64,000 nucleotides of DNA from Camelus dromedarius. Taxonomy: Eukaryota. The stretch spans positions 44,766,001 to 44,830,000 of the forward strand of contig NC_087436.1 of the NCBI RefSeq assembly GCF_036321535.1, read 5' to 3'. This document shows, one piece after another, positions 26,444 to 36,728 of the stretch. The notes under the pieces were generated by a model. The model had not been told where the DNA came from. It saw nothing but the letters and a program-made list of their open reading frames with translations, and made no database searches. The position numbers and the translations under genes are program-made. Numbering within the stretch: the first letter of the stretch is position 1; each line of letters opens with the position of its first letter.

Positions 26444-26611
26444 CAAATACTAACTACTATATATAAAATAGATAAACAGCAAGTTTCTACTGTATAGCAC
26501 AGCGAACTATATTCAATATCTTGTAGTAACATATAATGAAAAAGAATATGAAAACGAATATATGTATGCATATATATGACTGAACTATTATGCTGTACAT
26601 TTAAAAAAAAA
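26444..26611 (+). mobile_element. Young L1 3' UTR fragment lacking the usual terminal segment
   Basis: atactaactactatatataaaatagataaacagcaagtttctactgtatagcacag...gaactattatgctgtaca, then an A-run. Confidence 0.88.
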
Positions 26612-27654
26612 TGGGTAGCTGCATGAATCAGTGGAAAACGCTGTGACCAAAGATTTTGCTTCTCCTGAGCATCGCTTATTCACTGTGTCACGTTAAACGA
26701 GTCATCGACTCAGTGTCTAGAACAGTGCCTAGCGCGTGGTGGGCACTCAGTAGTTACGGGTTGATTGAACTAATAAAGAACCCTCCCTTCTAGGGCAATA
26801 AGTTCTTCAATTCTAAAGTCAGATGGTTGTATTAAATGACAATTTATGTAACCTCTAGCACAAGCTATCCCTAAATCTCTTACAGGCTGGAGGTTGCTTG
26901 GACATCCTAAGGCCCAGCAGACACCACCAGTTCAGAGCCCTAAAGCCAGGGGAATGGAAACTCATTTCTCATGAAGGTGTTTGACCAAAAAGAACACAAT
27001 AACAATAGGTCCAGGTTCTACAAACTGCCACCCTACAAATATTTTACTTTTATGTTATTAAGCCTTGAAGGTGGCTTCTTATTTATTGGTCTTTGGCACA
27101 CTGCATGAGGCCAGCCTTGACATCTCAACTGCATAGCACTGAAACGTAGGGACTGAGGAACATGCTACTAGTAAAATAAGAGTAAAACTTTAAGTGTTCA
27201 TGTGCTTTTATTTTTCTTCACTTTATTTGGATTGTTCATGTATCAACCTGGCTTTCATTCCTTCTCCTTTGAAACCATAATATTTATTTTTGTTGAAATA
27301 GTTTTCTGCTTGGTATGAAAATATACTTTCGTAAGCATTAATACTAGTTAGGGGTTAAGTTTTAATGAAATTTTAAGACAAAAAGTCTTAAATCCAGAGT
27401 GATTCACTTCAAAAGCACAGGTCAAATATCACACTCCTCAGGGAAATCTTTTTCCCACTATTCCTTCCTTTACTCCTTAAGCATCCTGACCTTCCATTAA
27501 AATTGTAATATTAGGTGTCACCTAAACAAATAGTTTTTTCCTAGCTTCTATCTAGTGCTCCTTTCATTTCTTACTTTTTCTCTCCCCTTCCTTCCCGACC
27601 CCATCTCTATCATTCTATCTTCATCATTTCAGCCTTTCATCCTTTCTTCAGGAT

Positions 27655-27860
27655 GTTAGGAATGGAGCCCTATGGAGCCCAACTGCCTGGAATCAAAAGT
27701 AAATCCACCATTTAATGGATGTGTGACCTTGAGCAAGTTACTTAAACTCTCTATGGCTCAGTTTCTACATTGAGTAGACGTTGAGTTGATTATGTTACAT
27801 AATAATGGTGCCTACCTCAAAGGCTGGTGTAAAGATTCAATGAATTAAAATATTTAGAAT
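27655..27860 (+). mobile_element. MIR SINE
   Basis: tgtgtgaccttgagcaagttacttaaactctctatggctcagtttc. Confidence 0.85.
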
Positions 27861-30072
27861 TTACAAATCATTATACCCCTTCAAATTACACAGTGCAGGC
27901 TGTCAATTACATTTCAAGAAAGCTGGAAAAGTATACATATTTACAACATTTAAAGTTATGCTTAAACCATCCCAAGTTCACAATGAATGTGTACTAGTAT
28001 TGTTGCTATTATTTTACAAATGGTTGCTTGGCTTCTCTGGGCACCTTGTCCCACTCAACTCAAGATACCGCATAATTTCTCTTTCAAGCACCTTGGGTGT
28101 TCTTGAACTACCTGCCACCTTTCTTGCCTCAGGTCATATTCATACATGCATTTAGATGATCAAAAAACCATGTAAGTATAATTCACCTCTCCCAACTCCC
28201 TCACCCACCCACACCCTATCCTGCTTGACTGGCTTGTGAGAAGGGAAAGCATTCTCTACATCTGCCCTCCACAATAAACCTGCAAGGAAACAGCTATAAC
28301 TCACAGCCATGTATCTATTTGTGGCTCTGATTCTTTATATCACCTGTGTTAAAATATCACAATATTTCAGCTGTTAATTGAAGCACTCTGGCGTCTTGAG
28401 TTATTTTTATAGTCAACTTGAGATGACATGTGATAGTTCAGATTAATGGAAGCAGTGAGTCAGAAATTCTGTCTCTAGTTATGGTTATAACTTTTAACAT
28501 GTGCTAACATGTGATATCTGTAGATCATGTGACCTGTAGTTATTTCAAAATGGGTATTTGAAACACCGAACTTTTGTCATGGTAAAGCTTTATGCTAAAT
28601 GAAAGCAACACTTTAGTCTCTCATAATTTTTTTCTGGTCCCACATGTCTTAATAAAAAGCAGTCATTCTAATGTCTTTCAGATGTCTTCAGCAAACCCAA
28701 TATTTAATGAAAATAAGCACATACCAGGTGAAATAGGTTTATCAACCCTTACAAGATTATTTATAAAATGCTGATCATGAGTAACAAAACAAAGAAAATT
28801 GATTTGTGGGAAAGAAAGTCCATCTGCTTTTAAAGTTCCTCTGATATGTAGGAAATAGATTCTTTCAAAGTCCATGAAGCATTCAGGAAACCAATGCACG
28901 GTAAGTGTGAACTCTCTAAGAAGGCTGCCTAGAGATCCTTTTAAGTGATGTGAGCAGTGAAGCTCTTAAAATGGGGCTAATTAGCTGTTTGATGTACTTG
29001 ACAGAGAAAGATGTATGCAAGCAGAGAGGAAAGACTGCAAACACAGATATCCCTGATTGCATTATTGTCCAAAACTTTAATTAATTTCTTGAGGACTATC
29101 TTTTCCATAATTTAAAATGGTTTAAAAGATGTACCACTAACAGGTTCAAAGTGTTTCTTTAGCTAATCACTTGCACTGCAGGAGGCTGAAAATTATAGAG
29201 CACATTTTATACACTCCTCAAGCCGTCCAAGAATTCCTTTTACAGGCTCTGGCTTTCATTCTTCCCCTGTTTGCGTACTGGCATTGAGAAATGTGTGACT
29301 TGACTTCACGGGCATGTGGTTCAAAGTCCAAACAGCCACCACTTTGCTCTTTGTGGCACGGAAAGGGCAACTGTCTTTTGGCATGAAAATATTCTCTTGG
29401 CATGTATGTGTCATGAGAGATAAAAATTGAATCCTGTTTATGAGCTCAGTTAAGAAATACACTTTTATATAGTTTAAAATTAAAATGAGTCTTTCAGCTA
29501 GGATTCCATGTTTCTGTAAAATACCATTCATAAAGACAAAATTTTGAGTACCTACTGGGGACAACTTTCTGAATAAAAATTAAGATGTTAGTTTATACAC
29601 TCAGCAGCAATTAAAACATGATCATGCAAACAGATATGAAGTTGTTTGCATTTATTTTAGTTATCCAAATACAAATTATAAATTTTTCTAACTTTGCTTA
29701 TTTTCTCTTAGTGAGCAAATTTTCTAAAAAAAAATTGTGTGTAGTTTTATAAGAAAGACATCACTTTAAAATCATTCTGCTAGTATATTCAGGAAAACAG
29801 AAAACTTAAGGATCATTAGTTTAAAAAAAAAACTGAGAAATGATCAACAGAGATATGCGAGGATGATAACTTTAGTGTCTTATTCACACAGTGCCATTAA
29901 GGAGTAATCCAAATTTCCTAAGTTTAGTTAGTAGGCAAGAAATGGTATTGAAAAGGACTTACATTAGAGATATCTAAGATTTTTGCCAAAATAATGGATA
30001 ACACAAATTTTAAGAATTTTTTAATCTCTACACTATGCTTTTTTAAATTTTTCGTATATTTTTGTAGATGCC

Positions 30073-30166
30073 TTTTTTTTTCCCTAATGGAGGCACTGAA
30101 GATTAAACCCAGGACCTTGTTCTCTCCAAGCACACCCTCTACCAGAGAGATATACTCCATCACCCC
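30073..30166 (-). mobile_element. Diverged tRNA-Ala-derived camelid SINE
   Basis: aatggaggcactgaagattaaacccaggaccttg...ctctaccagagagatatactcc. Confidence 0.8.
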
Positions 30167-30204
30167 TTTACACTATTTTTATTTATTTGAGTATCCACAG
30201 GAAA

Positions 30205-30828
30205 ATTCACTCATTCATTCAAAAATATTTATTGAGGACTTACTATATGTCCCAGTTAGAGGTGATAACGGCAGGAAAGGAAACAGTCAAATTACCCTCA
30301 TGAAGCTCACACGCTTGTTGGAGTGGGGAGTTTAAACAAACAATATAACTAAGTCACCTAAATACTGCATTAGAAGGCAATACAGCCCTGGAAGAGAAGA
30401 GAGCAGAGCGCGTCGTGTGGGGGCTCGTCGCCCACTGGTGCTTACACGGAACGGGTGGGGACGTTTTGAGCAGAAGAGTAACCGGATCTGACTTGCATTT
30501 TAGGACTGGCTCTGGCTGCTGTGGTGAGATTATTCTAAAGTGGCGCAAGAGTGGAAATAAGGAGATCACTTTGGAGGCTGTCACAGTGATCCAAGCAAGA
30601 GACAGTGGGGGCTTGGACCACCAGTCCCTTAGAGCAGAGAGAGCTGCAAGCGAACAAATGGTTACAATCCACGGGGGCTGCGTGAGGGCAGGCAGATGAG
30701 GCGTTCCTTCTGCGCTTCGGTCTCACCCTTTATCATCTCTTTTCTGGACTGGGCTCCATCAATTATCCCAGCCTATCAATCTCTCGCACTCTACTGCCTT
30801 CTCTCCCAAACAGGCTCAAGTCTTTTTC

Positions 30829-30859
<31 letters not shown>

Positions 30860-31085
30860 AGACTACTTTTTTCCATTTAGCCTTGGTAAATGTCAAAGTA
30901 GAGGCGATGTTTGGGTTGAGACTTAGAGAATGAGTAAGAGTTTAGCAGGCAGATAAAGAAGAATCCAGGGGAAGGCAACCATAGCAGAGAATAGGCAAAG
31001 TCATGAGGCTTGAAGAGGCAGCCACGCAGGGCCCTGTGAGTCAGTATTGCTGGAAGGAAGAGGGAAGTGGGCAGTGAGAGCAGGT
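30205..31085 (-). mobile_element. L2 fragments
   Basis: cactcattcattcaaaaatatttattgagg tail; gatctgacttgcattttagg; ggaggctgtcacagtgatccaagcaagagacagtgggggcttggacc. Confidence 0.78.
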
Positions 31086-31258
31086 TACCATGTGCCACTG
31101 ATACTGCTCTCAAGAGTCTGGTGGTGTGCTTTTACACTAGAGTATAAAGTGGTGAAGAATGGCTCCCATTGGCAAAGAAGGAGGAAGGTGTTGCCCTGAG
31201 ACGCTCACACAGGCATTGGAGCAGGGGAGGATGAGAACGGACCCCACTGGGGTCGGGT

Positions 31259-31292
31259 GTGCAGTAACAAAGCCTCTCCCTAGAGGGCGCTG
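31259..31292 (+). promoter_or_regulatory. CTCF binding site (core plus upstream module)
   Basis: Core TCCCTAGAGGGCGCTG (31277-31292) fits CCNCYAGRKGGCRC; upstream TGCAGT module begins 17 bp before the core. Confidence 0.75.
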
Positions 31293-31639
31293 TGTGTGTG
31301 ACTGGAATCTTTGAGATGAGGCCGCGCTGACAGGGGGAGCGAAGCCTGTTCACGGAGAGGGAGAACTTGTGCTTAGGAGTGGGTCTGCCCAGAGCACATC
31401 AGGGGTGGCCTGCTGGCCAGAGATGGGGCTCCCCTCACAAAAATAGCCCACTAATCCTTTTAAAAGCTGCACCACAAGCCAATAACACAGGTATTTCAAA
31501 CATAGCTTTGGGGCCTAAAGTCAAACTATAATTTTACAAAGAGGCACTGGACTCCTTTCAGGGGACATTCTGGTGTCCAAAGAAAGCAATTCTCCTTAAT
31601 AAAAAGGTATTTTCTTAGGGCAGCCGAGGCTCAAACACA

Positions 31640-31835
31640 AGGGGATTTTTCAGAGGCCCCAGTGAGGAGACAGTGGGAGATTCTAAAAAGAGGAGTAACG
31701 TGACTAGATTTGGATTTTAGAAAGATGTCTCTGGAAGCAAGGCACAGATGGATTAAACAGCCGAGAGGCCAGCTATATGGAGACCTAGAAGGCTGCCATT
31801 GCAAGAAGTGATGGAGACTTAACAATGTAACGGGA
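31640..31835 (-). mobile_element. L2 fragment
   Basis: aggagtaacgtgactagatttggattttagaaagatgtctctgg...agaaggctgccattgcaagaagtgatggagact. Confidence 0.65.
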
Positions 31836-34800
31836 CAGCTCAGACACATATATCATTTTAATACAAACGCTGGCCATAGGCAAGGAAACATTTGGAAATA
31901 AATTTTGGAAGAGGCAAACGTAACAGTAGGAAATCCTGCTAGCACTGAACCTCCTTAATAGTGAGAGGCCCGAGGACATTAAAGCAGCAATTTATTTGAT
32001 GAGCAGTTGCTATCTGGAAGGCTAGTGTCAGCCTTGTTGCCGGGAGAGCACGGTTACAGTCTCAGCCTCAGACTTTAAAAACTTCACTGGGGGAGAAATT
32101 ACAGTCAGGCAAGTAGCAGCAGGGCCTGGCCTACGGCGCAATATGCCGATAACTAAGTCCCGGGGAAAACTGATTTGTGGCTTCTGAGCACATGCGTTGA
32201 GAGCCTCCGCTATTGACCAGTTGTGGTTCATCGGGACGTAGATCTGTCTGGGCTAACAAGAAAGCACTGGAGGTCTTCATTTTAGCCACTGAGCCCGTCT
32301 CCAGAGACTCTGTGCGGCTGGCTTTACCTTCCTACCAATCAACACATCAAAAGCTGCAGAATATATTTTCACTTTCAAAAAATGCAAACGGCAAGTGAGA
32401 TAAAGTTGCCAAACGAGACTTGAAACGGGGTGAATGATTACAGCCCGGCACCAGATATAAAGAATAAATCGTGTGTGCCCGGCCAGAATTTTCTTCTATG
32501 TGTCAACAAGAAAGATAGCTGAGTGTCTGTATCCACAGGACATCCACACGATATTAATTTGACGAGGAAGGATTAAAACCATTTACACTGGATGTCTCCC
32601 TTGAAAAACTGTAAGTGGCATACTTCCATGGGATTTCTCACTGCAGATAGCTGGTTATAATGAACTTATTAGAATATTCATCTTAGTAACCCTCAAATAA
32701 TTACTTTGCATGGGTTTTCACTCAAGCCACACAGATCAAAGCAAGAATACATTTCATTTTTCATTGAATTTCAGCAAGTCCTTCCCTTCCTCGGAGTTTG
32801 AGAGTCCACTGAAATAAGATTCTGCATCTTTTAATGTTTTCTCAAATTATCAGTTCTTTTGACATTGATTCTAATATCATCAAGACCTTTCCTCCCAGAT
32901 GTTTTCCAGGAAGACTTACTTACAAAAGGTCATCGCTGTTTCCCAGCTTTCAAGGATCATTTCATTTTGGCACTCTTGATTTGGGATGTGTGCAGGTGCA
33001 TGAAAAAGAGAGAAGGTTACCCTTTGGTAAGCTCTATTTAATTCTCTAAAATGAGAGAAAGGTCACACTGCGGAAGTAGGCTTCTTATGCATTTGAAGTA
33101 AAAGCCAGTGCTTTAGCCTTAAATTCCAGGTGGCCCAGTAAGGATTGGAATGCATGGTTTGGACTGCTTCCCTTTCAGTTGCCTCTTAAGGGAGATACCA
33201 CTTTGATTTACTGGACTAACTCAAATAGGCTCCTCCGGGGCTGTTAGCAGGACAGGTGCGGGATTGGCACATCAGTGTGTACACTTCTAGGTGTTGTCAG
33301 TTTCCATATTGGGAGTTCCGTCTGGGAGGGGTTCTTGGGCTCCGACACTCCCTGCCTCAGAGGTATCCCTTCATGGCATTTCTTCCCCACTCCATGGAAA
33401 GATTCATATTATCTGACTATTATGTATGTAATGTGTCACTGACGTTCTAGAAACTACTGGCATGGTCCCAAATGGTCTTTTATTGTCTCCCACTATAAAA
33501 AAAAAAAAACAACATTAATTGTAAACTTAGTAAATGTGGTTGTGTGGTGCAGGAATTCACAAAAATTTATGCTGGAATAAAAGTCATAGACAGATATACA
33601 TATTTCAAACCGGAACTTTGATTCTAAAAGTTTTTCAATTCCCCCGTACATATTTTCATGTTACAACATAAGCACCAGGTCTCATTTCAACACTTTTATT
33701 AAGAAAATCAACGTTAATAGCTTTCAAGCCCATTCATTCCACAGAGGTTCTTAAAAAGCTTAAAAGAATGTCTATTTCCACATGAAGGACTAGACAACAC
33801 ATAAACTAAACTTGCAAGACATGCCATTTTACATACCTCTGTAACATCCGGATTAGACTATGACAGTGCCTACCTCCTGGGGCAATTCTTAAAGACCACC
33901 CAGGAAATTCAGCCACCGCAGAATGGAGCAGCAGTCTGTTGATTTAGAAATGGAGACCACTTCAGTTGTGTCTACACTATAACAGCAACCCATTTATTTA
34001 GAGCTCAGTTAAAGATCTGCGGGGTGGAATTTGACTGTTTGTCTCCCCTAGAGTGTAGCTTCTTGGAGGAACACTTTTACATCCTCCCTCACAGGCCACC
34101 GTGTTGCCTGGAAAGCAGGTCTTGATCCAGTTTTGTGTACATGGACAAAACAGCTCCAGAGCTTCAACAGGGATCTTATTCATTTTGATGCCACACCTAA
34201 ATAAAAATAAAATCCCTAGAGTTAAGTGTCAGCCTTATTGCCTAAATAAGCACATTTCATTTAGTTACTTATAAATTTAATTAAATAAAATATTTAAAGC
34301 TCTCTAAGGTGTAAGTTAGGGGTTTCTAAAGGTAAGAACACCCGTATGGATGTTTTCTGTATAGCTTAGTAAGGGTCAAAGGTCTGAGGGTTTGAATAGA
34401 AAGTAAACTTTTACTTACATTTCTCTAATGAACAGTTGCCTAGTCTGTAAGTTTGGGTATACTAATCTTTGTTCTCTTCTCTAACACCTCATTTCCTCTA
34501 CCCAGTAATAGTTAGTGACAAGGCTCTGGACTAGGCAGCAGGGGGCTGGTGTATTTTAATTTGTTATCATGTCAATCCAAGATTGCCTTACTAACCACCA
34601 CGGGACCCTTAGTAAAAATCCCAGTGCTATGTCTATAAGGGATGGCTCCTCAAAACTGTCTTTAGATGCCATGCTATCAAATTGCATGTGCAATTATAGT
34701 GCCACCCCCAACAGCCTGGCCACCCACAATCAGCAGATCTTGTTTATTTGAGGATAGATTTAGATAAAAATGAATCTACAAGTTGAGGCTTCATCTTATT

Positions 34801-35627
34801 CATATGGTAGAAAAATACATTTTTTCCCTACAATTCATCAACTGAATTTTAAAAATGCATCATAGCCCTTTGAGATATTTTTTAATGTAAAATGTGCATA
34901 ATGGCTTAGAAGTGGGAGCTTTATTTGGAGAGGGCTATTGCTGTGAAGTATCAGAAGAGGGATCTGTGTTGCTGTGAGGAAATAAGTTTCTGATACACGG
35001 GCCAATCCATGAGTTAGATCTTTTCTTTTTGTTCTCTTAGAGCTGAAGAAAGACAGGACCAGATTTAGTTTCATTGATGGTAATGTCCCAGCTACTGTTC
35101 TGTTTTCACCAGGTGACTTGTACACAATAAGAGTAAAATCACTTGAAGAAACAGTTAACGGTATTCTTTGGAGTATAAGGAAATTATTATCTGAAGAACT
35201 GCAAGATTATTAATAATTGGAAATATTAATGCACATGGAAAAAAAGTATGCTGTTTTTAATGTCCATGCGGATATGTGAAACATCTAATAATGTATTCAG
35301 TGCATCTCTCTTCAAGGCATGCTGCGCCATGCTGCTGTCTTGCTAGGGTGACCACCTACGAACCAAACCAGAAGCACTGAGAGTGGGGGGACCGCGAGTT
35401 CCTGAAGGACAAGTTAAACCAACGCTGCCCCAGGCAAACTTAGAATCAGTCTATCTACAATTAATTTCTAGACTTCTCCAGATAGAACTCTTTCCCATTG
35501 TAAATACTTTATTTCATTTTCATGTTAAGCTTGGAAATAGAAACAATGACCCCAAATGCCACTCTAATCCAACTAACAATCTTCATTTTAACAAAACAAA
35601 CTCCCAAATCTGTGTTTTCTCATTTTG

Positions 35628-35629
<2 letters not shown>

Positions 35630-35681
<52 letters not shown>
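35630..35681. repeat. (TG)n microsatellite, about 25 perfect units
   Basis: Seen directly. Confidence 0.97.
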
Positions 35682-35682
<1 letters not shown>

Positions 35683-36139
35683 TCACTAATAAATATTTTG
35701 ATTCTGGAAGACAGTAAATATTTGTGAGATTCAATCTACTTTTTATAATTTATAATAGGCATTTTTAGGTTTAAAAATATATTTCAGAAACACTTTCAGT
35801 GGCTTAAATAGCCCCAGAAATTGCAAAGAAAATTATGTAATAAAAGCAATACCCATTTCTGAATTTCAACCAATAATAAAGGCAACTTTCAGTCCTTTAA
35901 CAGTAGACTATACATAATAACTTGAGCAACTGTGTATGTGTGGCTGCAGGCTATGTGACTGAGTCTGTGACTCTGTGTCTGTGGGGGGGGAGTAGGCACA
36001 TGCAAGACAGAATATTCATTCAGTTTTTCTTTGACTGTATCTTAAAAGCATATGTAATAGATTTTCTGCACTACTGCTTATTTTGAGTATAAGTACTAAT
36101 TTATTTAATAAGACATGTTTTACGTATATGCAAGTAACC

Positions 36140-36360
36140 TGTTCTAATGGAAGGAGTCTGACCTTTGAATTGAAACAGACTTGAACTTGAATCCCAGTTC
36201 AATCACTTACTTTTATGACTTTGAGCAAATTGCTAAAATTCTCATTCTGATTTTTAGTTTGTAAAGTGGGCACCGTAATACCTGCTACGAGGGTTGTTTA
36301 GAAGATTCGCAAAATTCAGGCAGTGCTTGGCTCATGGTAGGCACTTACTAATTACTTATT
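36140..36360 (+). mobile_element. MIR SINE
   Basis: cagacttgaacttgaatcccagttc...tgactttgagcaaatt...gcagtgcttggctcatggtaggcactt. Confidence 0.8.
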
Positions 36361-36514
36361 TCACAGCACCCTGTTTTAGAAAGAGAATAAAGTAAAATAT
36401 ACTATGCTAAATAAAATGTAAATATACTCAAATGAGAAGTCTTTTCAGGGTCTTTACAAAGCATCGCTATCACCATTCACTTTTCTTTTTCTTTACATTA
36501 ATTCATGGTGTTTT

Positions 36515-36728
36515 TCATTTATTTATTTATTTATTTAATTGAAGTATAGACAGTTTCCAAATTGTGTTAATTTTTCGTGTACAGCGTAATGATTCATGTA
36601 TACATATATATTTTTTATATTCTTTTTCATTATAAGCTATTATAATATGTTAAATATAGTCCCTGTACTATACGGTAGGACCTTGTTGTTTATTTTATAT
36701 ATAGTAGTTAGTATCTCCAAATCCCAAA
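36515..36728 (-). mobile_element. Young L1 3' end
   Basis: (ttta)n tail, attgaagtatag...aatatagtccctgtactatacggtaggaccttg. Confidence 0.88.

Noticed and set aside
34533..34550. CTCF-like GCAGCAGGGGGCTG (also GCAGCAGGTGGCCG at ~49519)
   Set aside because: Mismatches at informative positions and no upstream module; the first lies in MIR-like sequence.
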